Of a DNA stretch of 64,000 bases, positions 36,664 to 50,100 are shown piece by piece; the first letter of the stretch is position 1; each line of letters begins with the position of its first letter. A model generated the notes under the pieces. The model did no database searches. It had not been told where the DNA came from and saw only the letters and a program-made list of their open reading frames with translations. This DNA is from Dendrobates tinctorius. Taxonomy: Eukaryota. The position numbers and the translations under genes were made by a program. The stretch is from positions 41,292,001-41,356,000 of the forward strand of contig NW_027361788.1 of the NCBI RefSeq assembly GCF_039654945.1, read 5' to 3'.

Positions 36664-39600
36664 TCACACTTCTGGTATCGTCCAGTGTAAGAACTTCATA
36701 GAAGCCTCAAATCCAAGAAAACAAGCCTGAAAGTTAAAAATAACCAAAATAATCTGAGCAGGGAATCTCTGTGTTTTGCCCTCATAGACTGTAGTGTTGC
36801 TTATTTTAGCCGCCATGTTCACTAATATCATCCCAGAACTACAGGACTGGATGCATTAAAGGATTTGGTTGTATCTTTCAGATTCTGCACTCACTGCGTT
36901 TGCTGGGAAGGCTCGTAACATGGCCGCTGTGAACCCCTTATACAGTCCTCGGGGTCCCTCATCTCGCAGGACTTCCCTGAATACATCCAGGACACCCCTG
37001 TACCGGCTGTCAGAATCTGGAAAAAGATGGTAAAATGCATTAGGTAGAGCCAATGTCACCTCGTCATATGCTGGCTTATGAAGGTTTTTTTTCCCTGTAT
37101 TAAGTAGATAAAGCTTAAAGTGATCCTATCACAGATAATCACTCTGTGATCACATCCCCAATCAACTGATCGTCCCGGGGAAGCCATGGCTGCCCAGGCA
37201 GTTTCCCTGCAGTGGCTACTACAGGGGAAATGTGGTGTTACATCTTGGTCATCCAGATGAATGGCTGGAGTCCTCCATGGCGGGAACCCCTCATACAGAA
37301 TCAAACACCACCCGGAGGGTGGCACAAATTAATTATTATAGTCCTCTCTATTCACCTGTCTGGAAACGTGACTTGAGCACATCCATAGGAATGGCCACGA
37401 CCCAGTTGCACATGCCGGCCACTCCTCCAGCCAGCAGAATCCGTGCAGCAGTGAGGTCACGGGCGCTGTGGCAGAACAGGATAGTAAGGTTTGTAGTATA
37501 GAGTCATCCATACTTTGTATTATAGGACTACTACCCTCATTTTCCCACCCAGGATCCATATACCATTGTGGTATCTACATTACCACTGCTTACCTGCCTC
37601 CGTCTGGTGCCAGTTTATCCTTCATCCATTCATAGCTCATGAAATACATGCCGGTGGCTGGGATATCTTAATGAGGAAAGTAAATGGTTAAAGGGATATT
37701 CTTATTTCTAACAAACATTTATGACATTTTATTAAAGGGATACTCCACTTTCCACTCCTTTTGGTAGACAGGTTCACTATAATTATTCTGATCGGTGGAG
37801 AATCTGTCAGCAAGTGTTTGGTTCCCCTGCAGCACCGCCAGTGGCAACATGAGGCATTGCATGGTGTCTATGAAAATCAGCGTATACAGTCATATGTAAA
37901 AGTTTGGGCACCCCTATTATTAATGTTAACCTTTTTTCTTTATAACAATTTTGGTTTTTGCAACAGGTATTTCAGTTTCATATATCTAATAACTGATGGA
38001 CTCAGTTATATTTCTGGATTCAAATGAGGTTTATTGTACTAACAGAAAATGTGCAATCTGCATTTAAACAAAATTTGACCGGTGCAAAAGTATGGGCACC
38101 CTTATCATTTTCTTGATTTGAACACTCCTAACTACTTTTTACTGACTTCCTGAAGCACTAAATTGGTTTTGTAACCTCATTGAGCTTTGAACTTCATAGC
38201 CAGGTGTATCAAATCATGAGAAAAGGTATTTAAGGTGGCCACTTGCAAGTAGTTCTCCTATTTAATTCTCCTATGAAGAGTGGCATCATGGGCTCCTCAA
38301 AACAACTCTCAAATGATCTGAAAACAAAGATTATTCAACATAGCTTTTCAGGGGAAGGATACAAAAAGTTGTCTCAGAGATTTAACCTGTCAGTTTCCAC
38401 TGTGAGGAACATAGTAAGGAAATGGAAGAACACAGGTACAGTTCTTGTTAAGCCCAGAAGTGGCAGGCCAAGAAAAATATCAGAAAGGCAGAGAAGAAGA
38501 ATGCTGAGAACAGTCAAGGACAATCCACAGACCACCTCCAAAGACGTGCAGCATCATCTTGCTGCAGATGGTGTCACTGTGCATCGGTCAACAATACAGC
38601 GCACTTTGCACAAGGAGAAGCTATATGGGAGAGTGATGCGAAAGAAGCCGTTTCTGCAAGCACGCCACAAACAGAGTCACCTGAGGTATGCAAAAGCACA
38701 TTTGGACAAGCCAGTTACATTTTGGAAGAAGGTCCTGTGGACTGATGAAACAAAGATTGAGTTGTTTGGTCATACAAAAAGGCGTTATGCATGCGCTGCA
38801 TTGTTGACCGATGCACAGTGACACCATCTGCAGCAAGATGATGCTGCAGGTCTTTGGAGGTGGTCTGTGGATTGTCCTTGACTGTTCTCACCATTCTTCT
38901 TCTCTGCCTTTCTGATATTTTTCTTGGCCTGCCACTTCTGGGCTTAACAAGAACTGTACCTGTGTTCTTCCATTTCCTTACTATGTTCCTCACAGTGGAA
39001 ACTGACAGGTTAAATCTCTGAGACAACTTTTTGTATCCTTCCCCTGAAAAGCTATGTTGAATAATCTTTGTTTTCATATCATTTGAGAGTTGTTTTGAGG
39101 AGCCCATGATGCCACTCTTCATAGGAGAATCAAATAGGAGAACTACTTGCAAGTGGCCACCTTAAATACCTTTTCTCATGATTTGATACACCTGGCTATG
39201 AAGTTCAAAGCTCAATGAGGTTACAAAACCAATTTAGTGCTTCAGGAAGTCAGTAAAAAGTAGTTAGGAGTGTTCAAATCAAGAAAATGATAAGGGTGCC
39301 CATACTTTTGCACCGGTCAAATTTTGTTTAAATGCAGATTGCACATTTTCTGTTAGTACAATAAACCTCATTTGAATCCAGAAATATAACTGAGTCCATC
39401 AGTTATTAGATATATGAAACTGAAATACCTGTTGCAAAAACCAAAATTGTTATAAAGAAAAAAGGTTAACATTAATAGGGATGCCCAAACTTTTACATAT
39501 GACTGTAGCTATGATGGATCCCCTGGGGGCCCTCGGACTGCTTTCCACTCCAGCTAAATGGTGGAGATCCATATGTGCTCTAGGAAAAGCAGTTTATTTT

Positions 39601-42600
39601 GGCCCTATAAGAGCACATGTGGACCCTCATCGGCTAACCTGATAGCTTCTACTAGTTTACATTTACAGTATCAGCTTCTTTTGGGGTGAGACCAGACGGT
39701 GCACCTGAATACACAGGAGCGAGACATGCCACATAGTGACAAATGGCTGCAGGGTTTAAAGGCCAAGTCATGTGGGTATTGTTTGTCTTGTGCGTATTGT
39801 TAGCACCATCTGGTCTCATTCTTAAGCTGAATTCAGACATCCATATATCGCAGTCCGAGTACGGATGGTGAAGCACGGACTATCCACGGGTCACACTACC
39901 CGAGCCTGACAGCCTCATCTGTGACCAGGCTGTGCACCATGGTCCATTCTCAGTCTGTGATATATGGACGTCTGAATTTTGCCTTAGGCTGTTGGCCCCC
40001 CAGCACCTATACATCAATTTTCAAAACAGACAGCCTCCCACACTAGCAACTTGAAGCCATGCCCGATTGTTATTAAGCAAGTGGAGACAAGCATACTGTC
40101 AGGAAAGCAGAGCATCCTCTTGGCTGTGCGCCCCCAACGCTGCATCTTCAGGGGTTGGGCTTTTGGGGGGAAGAGAGGAATGGGCTGCAGTATTTGCTTA
40201 TTCATAAAAGTACTACATTCACAATCTGTCTGCGCCCCCACATCATCCACCAGAGGAGATTTGGGGGCCATAATGCAAATAGGATGATCTGATGATCCCA
40301 TCAAATGTTGTTTGCTTTATAGATGCCCTTTCCATATCGCAGATTCCTCCTTCCTCTCCGCAGTGGATCATAGCAGTGCCGGTCCCTGTCCTGGAGCCTT
40401 CTGCATGGTGCCATAATTAAAGGGTGGTCCCATTTAGTGAAGTGATTGCATATTGCTAGGATATATCGTCACTCAGTGGTGGTCTGTGCAGCGGAACTGC
40501 AGCTGCCCTCATACACTGGCACAGGACCCGGCGTCTGCTCCCTGCGCATCAAGTGCTACTGTCTAGGGAATACAGCAAAGGGGAAACTGCAATAAAAAAA
40601 GTTGTGTGGCCCTTCATCCTCCATCTACCCTGCCAATCGTAAAGTACCGGTGTATCGTGTGCTATTGCCTCACCTTAAGAGCTGAGGACACCTCTTCACA
40701 TGCCCATCTTACCTTCAGATAAGCTGAAGGAATAGTGGCGCTGAAATCCGTGCCCCCCCCATATTAGAAAGGGGCTCTCCTCTATTATCGCTATATGGGT
40801 TTTCTCTTACATAATGAAAAGCATATTATTTCCATATGTTGGTAGTTACCTCTCAGGAGGGTAAGCACCGTACCCCTGTACAAGCTTCGCATGCCCTGCT
40901 CCTGGAACAGCTGCCTGGCACAATCTACAGGCCCCGAAAATCTCTTCCGTGAACTGTTTGCCTGAGCCTTAGAACGAGAGGAGGACACAGCTGATCATGT
41001 AGCCCAGTGGTGTGACAGCTGTTGGAAAACTACAACTCCCAGCAAGCATGCCCTGACATCTTGCACACCACTGCTGTAGGATCTGGACCCGCAGGTCTTA
41101 TGTACGTTACCTGCAGCAGGCACTTGATCCTTTCTGCAGGTATTACGATTATGGCGGCGCACAGTCCTGCCAGCATCCCTGCCGAGAACACCTGGTGCGG
41201 TCTGTGGCGGGGGCAATAGGTCAAAATATAAAAAAATACACATTAGTGGAAGATCTCAGATTATTTCTTATCTTTGATGCATCTGTTTCTGACAAAGCTG
41301 AGTTGTCACCCAGCTTTCCCAGTGTCAGCAGCCTGAATATCCTGCATTACCACTGAATGGTTAGAAAAGCTGGCCGCTCAGAAGTCTAGTAAAGTCAGGT
41401 GCAACATGTGAGGATATTGGTTGTCACCCAGCTTTCCCAGTGTCAGCCTGAATATCCTACATTACCACTGAATGGTTAGGAAAGCTGGCCGCTCAGAAGT
41501 CTAGTAAAGTCAGGTGCAACATGTGAGGATATTGGTTGTCACCCAGCTTTCCCAGTGTCAGCCCGAATATCCTACATTACCACTGAATGGTTAGGAAAGC
41601 TGGATGCTCAGAAGTCTAGGAAAGTCAGGTGCAACATGTGAGGATATTGGTTGTCACCCAGCTTTCCCAGTGTCAGCCCGAATATCCTACATTACCACTG
41701 AATGGTTAGGAAAGCTGGATGCTCAGAAGTCTAGGAAAGTCAGGTGCAACATGTGAGGATATTGGTTGTCACCCAGCTTTCCCAGTGTCAGCAGCCTGAA
41801 TATCCTGCATTACCACTGAATGGTTAGAAAAGCTGGCAGCTCAGAAGTCTAGGAAAGTCAGGTGCAACATGTGAGGATATTGGTTGTCACCCAGCTTTCT
41901 CAGTGTCAGCAGCCTGAATATCCTGCATTACCACTGAATGGTTAGAAAAGCTGGCAGCTCAGAAGTCTAGGAAAGTCAGGTGCAACATGTGAGGATATTG
42001 GTTGTCACCCAGCTTTCCCAGTGTCAGCAGCCTGAATATCCTGCATTACCACTGAATGGTTAGAAAAGCTGGCCGCTCAGAAGTCTAGAAAAGTCAGGTG
42101 CAACATATGAGGATATTGGTTGTCACCCAGCTTTCCCAGAAAGTAATTTCACTACAAACTGTCTGGATGAACTTGTTCGGAAATCTGTTACCTCACCTCA
42201 GTGTCTGCTGTGGCTGTTTCTGTTGCAGCTTCTTCCCCAGACTGAAGCCTAAAAACGTCATTGCCATTATTGGGGTCACTCCAACCAGAGGGGCCCCCAT
42301 CCCTTTATAAAGACCCCAAAGTCCCTGATGGAGGAAAGGAAACACAATTGTGAGGTTACACTCTGGACACAACTGCTTTGTATGGGGGGCAAACATGGGG
42401 GTAAACTTCTCCTTACTGGGGGTACACAGCATATGGATGTAGCCTGTTCATGATGGGAGCGGATCAGGTATATATCAGGGATTTGGCCGGGTGTTGAATT
42501 AGTCAGGGAACGAGGGCATCTGGGAATACGATTTCCATCTCCGCACAAAAGCAGCATTTTTACTACTAAATGCATGTAACATGTAGAAGCAAACTAATGT

Positions 42601-45436
42601 AACCTCACTCATTGTCCTGTGTGCAGAAATGTTGTATTTTTATTTTTTTTCTCACTTTTTTTGCCCATTTTTGTGGGGATTTTATTCTCGTGTATTGCCA
42701 TAATGTCAGGTTTTATTCTGCATGAGAATAATGGATTGTTTTTGAAATCTAATTTTATCCATTTTAAATGGCGTCCGTGTGCTGTCCATTTTTGTTCCAT
42801 ATTCCCATTGACTTGAATGGGCAATTTGGATCTGCAAACCAAATCCAAATCGGACTCCGTCTGAGGTGAAGTCCGCGAAAAGAAGAAACCCTGCAAGTCA
42901 TCCAGAGAGTATAAACAGATTGTGTTCTTTCCATAAAAAAAGGAAACGTATGAAAATATCAGCTGTGTGAATGGGGCCTTAGAGTGGTGTTGTACGCAGT
43001 TACTTTTGGAAAAGCACTGAGTTTTTCAGGGTGTTTTTAATTTTTTTCCCCCCAAGTTCATGATGGTTTACAGTGAAATATAAATTGCATTTTCCTGGAA
43101 TTTGTTGGCATCTTTGCATTCCTCGTGGGTCAGTGGGCTGATTTCTGGCCTCCGTACAGAACGCTAAAAAATATTAAAAAGTGCGTGCAATAAAAAAAAT
43201 GCAAGCAAGAATAAAGAATGATCCCCTGTGTGGAGCTGACAGAGGCGTATATACGGGAGTCAGAGATAAACACACCGGGCATTGGTGATAGCGGTGGATT
43301 TATCATTTGTCTCAAAAACTCCAGAAAAAACAAAGAAATAACATACGGGATCCGTCCGTCAATGCACATCAGGCCTGTATGGTAATCATGGCCATATGCC
43401 GAGTGTTATATAAGGGAACTGATCTCTTTTCCTTCCTCCTGCAGATCCCGCCCAGCATCATACAGCTGGGCTTACTGTCTGGGACGAGGGGGTGCGAGTG
43501 CCTATGCCACTACTGAGTCATATACAGCGGAGGGAGGGAGCAGAGCGTGCTCAGGATATCCAGGTAAGGTGAGGAATGTCCCTGTATAGTGCCGCCCTGT
43601 AGTGTTCTGGGTCATCGTGCACCCCTGTGTCACCCTGTGTATCCTGCACACCTCTGTCATCCTGAGTATTCTGCACTCCTGTGTCACCCTGTATATTCTG
43701 CACCCCTGTGTCACCCTGTGTATTCTGCACCCCTGCACTATATGGCCGCGTCCCCTTTGTTACCCTCCATCTCTTATAAGTGCAGACAAGAGATGCCACC
43801 TCTTCCATTGACCCCAGCCCAGAAGACAAGTGCTTCCTACAGAACTGGGTCCTGACTGTCTGGAAAGTGATTCTTGTCGGGTCTCTGCTGATTCTGAGGA
43901 TTGCTTTGGTTGGATTTCCCTGGGAGCAGATATGGACTCCGGACACACAGGCTTCAACCATCAGGAGTAGTCACTAAGCCAGGGGCACACCATTATGCGG
44001 CTGAGGATTAATGTCTCATCATACCCATATGTGTCATATCCACCTCGGCATTATGTAGTACAAGGACTTGTACGTTCTCCGAGTCCGCACATCGGTGACT
44101 TCTATCACTGTCAGCCTTCTTTCCCATAACGTACCCTTTGGCCTCCTCCCCACCACTCTACATGGAAATGCATAAATCCTTTTACTGCCTAATGCCAGAA
44201 GGGCCGGTCTGACATGGGCATGTTTGGATCGATGCCCTCTATCCTGTTGTTTCTTTGTCACCCGTGTAAAGTCTGGGAGCCGCTTATCTCCCCCTTATGA
44301 AATAACTTGCACTTTTAGGTAAGATGAATAATTTATATGTTTATCCAATATAACATAGACTGTAAGCTGATCCGACATAACTTGGGTTTCGGGTGATTCA
44401 ATGTGAGGATTGGAGTTCACAACTGTCGACCAAAATATTATTCTGTCTTTATCATAAGTATGTCATCCAGATTATCTTGAGCGCCCAGCGGCCATGGCAC
44501 AGGACCAGCGTCCCCCCCCCTGCACACACAGCTGCTCTTCCGTGTCACTTAGTGCCATCTGCTCCTCCTTGTGTACTTAAACATCTCTCTATTCTGGGAA
44601 GTGAAGAGTGGGGATCTGATTTCTGGGATACTTGGATTTAGGATATGTCCACATGTAACTTTTTTTTTTTTTTCTGCATAAAGAACAATGGCCTGAAGCT
44701 ACCCCAGAATGTATGCATGCCTGGCCCCTTTTTTGTGCTTACCCATTCTGATCTCAAGGGGGGAAACTGCAGTAAAAACACTGAAATAATCGTTGTGTGA
44801 ACAAGCACTAAAGGGGTCTGCAGCAGCAGTGATTTAGCGCTCTGACCCCCACTGTGTTCCTGGCAGAGCTGCGCACCTCGTGCCCCCTGCCGTGCAGAGG
44901 ACTGGAGCCAGGTGCACTTTAGTGGAAGGGTGCCGAAGTTCCCCTGCACAGTGGGTGGCCAGGGTGGTCCTCTCCGTGGTGTGCCTATACCACTCGCTAT
45001 CACTCATGCTCGGCCTCCTCTTTCTAGGTTGCCCTGTGGTCTCTCGGCCATATTCACCTGTTGGGAGAGGATCTTGCGAAAACAGTCCTCAGTGCTGTTA
45101 TACAGCAGCTTCTGTCCCCCCGCCGGCCGGGCCTGGATCTGTAGATTCACCTGGAGACACAGGTATTACACAGGTAAGTGGCGACAGGCTGGGGCGATGT
45201 ATCATTTCATTTCACTATCGCAAATATAGCGATTCCCTAATTTATTCCTAACACAGCAATCTTCTCCTGCACAAAATGACAAGGTTCCTCCTGACACCAG
45301 AGGAGCGAGTCCCTGTTTAAAAACCTCTATCCTCATATAATAGGGCAGCACGGTGGCTCAGTGGTTAGGTCCTGGGTTTGCATCCAACCAAGGACAACAT
45401 CTGCAAGGAGTTTGTATGTTCTCCCCGTGTTTGCGT

Positions 45437-45467
<31 letters not shown>

Positions 45468-46660
45468 ACACTCCAAAGACATACTGATAGGGAATTTAGA
45501 TTGTGAGCCCCATCACGGACAGTGATGATGATGTGTGCAAACTGTAAAGCGCTGCGGAATATGTTAGCGCTATATAAAAATAAAGATTATTATTATATAT
45601 TGAAACTCTCATTCCTGTTTGCTGTCAGTGAATTGAATCCTTGTTAGATGATTAGCGGCCACAAATACCTGACGCCCTGTTCACACCGACGGCTGTTGTT
45701 CACGGTATACACAAATCGGCGACATATCTCACTATATGGTACGTGGTGGGACATGTCATCCATGGGGACCCATGCATGTAAAATAGTGCCTTTGCTATGG
45801 TTCACAAGCCCGCCGAAGGTCAAAGGACCCTTTTTTGGCCTCCTTCAGATGAGCCGATCCCTGAAATCGTGTTTGGCGTGTTTCAGGAGCTTACCCTGCT
45901 TACACACTTGGTGTTAGCCTCACACACATGATATTTTACACAACAGCAGCAATCTCTATCCTGGCATGAAGTATTGGGTCTAAATGTGGGAATGCTCCTA
46001 TTCACTGACTGCAAGCAGTGGTCTGCAGAATAGTGGAAGAATTTCCAACTGTATAGGAAAGTTTCCAACGTTTTCTTTTATATAATAATTAAAGGGGTAT
46101 CCCGTCTTATGTCCTAGCCATATGGCGACATTTTCTGAGATGAGAACGTATGAACACTTGGTTGCCATTATTTATGACTAGGTCGGCGGTGGGGAGACAC
46201 ATGACTGTGGCTGATAATGACACTCCCAGAGCTGAGATAAGACACAAGTCCCTCCATGTCTCGCTGTGCTTATAGCTGCAGCACGGGGGTAAGTACTATA
46301 TGGTGCACCGCAGTGAAGTGTGACTATGTGCCACCTGCCATAGGTCAGACATTGCAATAAATTCAATGTAGGACTTAAAGGGATCGTCCAGGATTGAAAA
46401 ACAGCGCCTCCCTTGTCCAAGGGTTGTGTCTGTTATTGATCAGCTCCATTGACTCGAATGGGACTAAGCTACAAAGCAGCGAGGGAGGAGAGCAGGGAAC
46501 GAAGCTGGGTGACATGGGGTAAAAGGATACTTCCCATCTCAGCACTCACCTTGACGGTGTCCATGGGCTGTCCGGCCAGGGTGAGGCACACACCTCCCAC
46601 CCCTCCAGACACAAAGTGCTTGACGTACACCAGCGAGTGGCTTCCATGCTCTGAGGCCAT
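36664..46660 (-). CDS. Mitochondrial carnitine/acylcarnitine carrier-like protein (SLC25A20-like paralogue, 302 aa, 9 exons)
   Basis: Exons (minus) 46660-46550, 45150-45058, 42324-42197, 41201-41111, 40967-40850, 37666-37594, 37465-37356, 37016-36895, 36726-36664. All are GT-AG and total 909 nt. Three Px[DE]xxK carrier motifs (PMDTVK, PAERIK, PMDVLK), plus LLRDIPA, NWVVAIP and RAFPANAACFLGFE as in SLC25A20, with the same intron positions. Confidence 0.95.
37887..39505. mobile_element. Fold-back Tc1-like element made of two left halves in inverted orientation
   Basis: TA-cagtcatatgtaaaagtttgggca...tgcccaaacttttacatatgactg-TA. 38792-39505 is the reverse complement of 37887-38603. The transposase N-terminus (GRPRK; WTDETK in the left arm) is encoded on both strands. 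Confidence 0.95.
39823..39986. mobile_element. Short Harbinger-like MITE
   Basis: Terminal inverted repeats taagctgaattcagacatccatatatcgcag / ctgtgatatatggacgtctgaattttgcctta. Confidence 0.65.
41302..42138. repeat. Tandem repeat, 7 units of 115/118 bp, filling most of carrier intron 3
   Basis: ttgtcacccagctttc starts at 41303, 41421, 41536, 41651, 41766, 41884, 42002 and 42120. Confidence 0.95.
43617..43735. repeat. 27-bp tandem repeat (~4 copies)
   Basis: tgcacccctgtgtcaccctgtgtattc-like units. Confidence 0.85.
45343..45596 (+). mobile_element. tRNA-derived V-SINE with L2-type tail
   Basis: A-box ggtggctcagtggttag, V-domain ggagtttgtatgttctccccgtgtttgcgtgggtttcctccggg, tail gcgctatataaaaataaagattattatt. 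Confidence 0.85.
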
Positions 46661-47153
46661 GTATGTGACACCAGCGAGCTCCTGCTGGCTGCCTGTCTTT
46701 CTGAGGTCGCGGCCACTAGGGTGTGGAAGATGACACAAGGGGGGACTGGAGATAAGCGAGCTCTCTGGAGACACCAAGCTGACGGTGGAAGATAGCGTGC
46801 AGGGTGTGCCAGCGGGTGAATCCTGGTGCATGTGGTACCGTAGGACGTGCTACCAGCTGTGTATGGGCATATTGGTTGTGTGTGGGGCAGCAGCAGATGT
46901 CGTGTATAGTCCGAGGGATGTAGAAGCGTGCACCGTCCTCTCGGTGAGCTCCCCGGGACTCGGCAGTTATTTGCACTGCTGTAAACCGCTTTTGCCAAGT
47001 AGGTTAAAGTCCATAAATGAAGCAAAATGATTACTATATAACCTGTACAGAGTCCCCGACACAGAGGAACAGATCCGCAACAGTTCTCAGCGCCAGGATT
47101 TTACAGAAGTGTTGACCATGAGTCCTTTGTCTTACAGGACCCTCTAGGCGATC

Positions 47154-50100
47154 ATGGGCAGCTGGTGCCACCTCCTCGTCCTCTGCACCATGTGGCCCTG
47201 CGTGTGGCCCTTCAGGATCTGCGCATTCAATGGCCAGCACTTTGGGGAGAAAAAAGCCACCAATGACGAAATCCTGAGTGCTGTGGTCAAGGTAAGGAGG
47301 GGGTCCGAGCCAAAGACTAAGACGGGACTATAGTGGGTAGAGATGTAATTGGGCCACACACGGGCAGTTTCACTCATAGGATGCGAGTTTTGGGCCCTTA
47401 CTTCCCATGTTATTTGCGCAGATCATCCAGCGATGTGACATCTTCCTGCTGCAAGAAGTGCATGACCCCAAGGGAATCGCGTTGTCCAAACTTATGGCTG
47501 CCCTCAACAGGTGAGGAGGTTCATAGGTAAGAAGCAGAATTGGCAAATGTCAGGCCGGTGTTAACCCTTTATTTCTCTGAACAGGGCAGAGGACTTGTAC
47601 TTGGCTGTGAACAGCCCTCCACTAGGACGTAAGTCCTACACTGAACAATACGTCTTCATATACAAGTGAGTGCTAAGAGAGATCTCGTTTTCTGTATGCA
47701 GCTCCAGTCCAGACCTATGTTGTCATCTTGGCAACAGACCACAAGCAAATTCTGAGTAGTCTGACACTGCAATCCTTGGTCTTCTCCCTCTCTCATACCG
47801 ATCATACATGTAAGTGGAGGCTCAGACTACATGGAACTTGTTTGTAGTCTGTTACCACGGTGATAAAAACACACAAATGTCAGTTGGAATCTGAGATCTT
47901 TTGCGGAGTAGATTTTTTTTAAAATTTTTTAATTTGGCTTTAAAAAATGTGGTTATAAAGGTATTCACAGGGGTTTATGAGGACATCTGTCCTCCCGCCA
48001 TACACATGCATGCTCGCTTCGGCCCACTGTGCATGTGTTCATGTGTACCAGGAGGGAGTCAGCCACTATCAGACCCCTATGACTGCGGCTTTTCTCCCCA
48101 AGAGCAGAATCATCGGACAGTTGTAATCCAAATCCCCATCCTTGCTAGTGTCAGGGGAGAGTCAGGTGGCCCCCCCCCCATACACATGAGATGGATATGG
48201 TCGTGCCCAGTTTCCTGCACCCTGCTGATATTTTTAGAATATCCCCTCGTAGGTCAAGCAAGATCTCGGTGATCGATCAGTACAAATATGAAGATGATGA
48301 TCCGGCCGCTCCGGACGTGTTCGCCCGAGAACCGTACATCGTTCGCTTCGCTCTGGAGTCGAGAGGTCAGTGACCAGGATGAGCCAAGATGTCACACCAA
48401 CAGTCATCATGTGTAATGATTACAGGAATCTAGGGATCAGTAGCTGTGGGGTGTTTATAACAGTGATCTCGCTCTATAGATCTACAGGATCTGGTCATAA
48501 TCCCGCAGCACACAGAACCAGAAAAGGCCAGCATCGAACTCCAAGCTCTCCATGACGTGTTCATGGACGTCCGAAAGCGCTGGAGCGCTAAGGTAGGCTT
48601 AAAGGGGTTGTTCAGATCTTCTGTAGTCATGGCCTATCTTAAGGATATATCTGTGAGGGGGGGGATCTGAGTCGTGACATTGTTACAGCAGGACTCTGGC
48701 TTTGTCCTCCTCATGAAATCTGTGAGTGACGTCGCTCTCATCAATGTATTATCCTCATAATTGATGTTTCGTTCCAAGGTTTCATAGCGTCATTCTCATC
48801 ATTGCTCCATTGTTTTCACAGATCAATAGGTTTACACTTTACTATTAATTCCCAACAGAACATCATTTTAATGGGAGACTTTAATGCTGGCTGCAGTTAT
48901 CTGTCCAAGAAGAAGACAAAGTCCCTCCGTTTATACACAGACCCAGACTGCCACTGGCTGATTAGTGACAGCATCGACACCACTGTGAAAGAGAGCACCA
49001 GCTGCCCGTATGACAGGTGAGGGGACTATTACATCGGGGGCGGACACGGGCCGCAGAAGGGCCCCTGTGCAATACATACGTGTGTACGATACGTACATCC
49101 ACCTGAATGAACACATTACACACACATACAGCGGGGGAAATAATTATTTGATCCCTTGCTGATTTTGTAAGTTTGCCCACTGACGAAGACATGAACAGTC
49201 TATAATTTTAAGGGTGGGTTAATTTTAACATTGAGAGATAGAATATCAAAAATAAAATCCAGAAAATCACATTGTATAAATTATATAAATTTATTTGCAT
49301 TTTCTCCTTTGCCTCATGGGGAACACAGAACCTTGGTGTCATGGTCACGTGTGACTGGACACACCGCCTCCAGCAGGGCAAATTTATATGACACACCGCC
49401 TCCAGCAGGGCGAATTTAAATAATTGAACGTGCAGCCGGATACACCGTCTCCAGCAGGCAAATTTCAGTAGTACACGTATGTCTGGATACACTGCCTCCA
49501 GCAGGGCGAATTTCAGAATAAAGGGGAAAACCAAGAAAACAATTACAATGGTGGCCCTGCGATAAGGAACGGGGACGTGGAGACCTCTTGCACTCCCCTG
49601 AATCAGTGTCTCTACACTCCTAACGATCCCTAGGCCGGTTCCGCAGCGGGCGCCGATCAGGATACCTGAAATCCCTAGCTCGCCCTGAACCAATCCCTTA
49701 CTAGTGAAGAGGACGGTGCAGAAACTAATCCCTCTACTGCACTAAAACACACATTGAGGAAAATGACAAACAGGGAAACACCACTTAGCTTTGCTCTGTT
49801 GCTAATGCTCCAAGCAACAGAGTCCGACACCTGAGTGCATCTTTTCCTCCAACCGAATCCGACACCTGAGTGCAGCTTTCCAGCAACAGAGTCCCGCATC
49901 TGAGTGCAGCTTTCTAGCAACAGTCCAGCATCTGAGTGCAGCTTTCACCATAGCTGCCACTCCACCAAGCTTTGCAAGAACTCCTTGCTGACACCATAGC
50001 TGCCACTCCACCAGGCTTTGCAAGAACTCCACGCTGACACCATAGCTGCCACTCCACCAAGCTTTGCAAGAACTCCACACTGACACCATAGCTGCCACTC

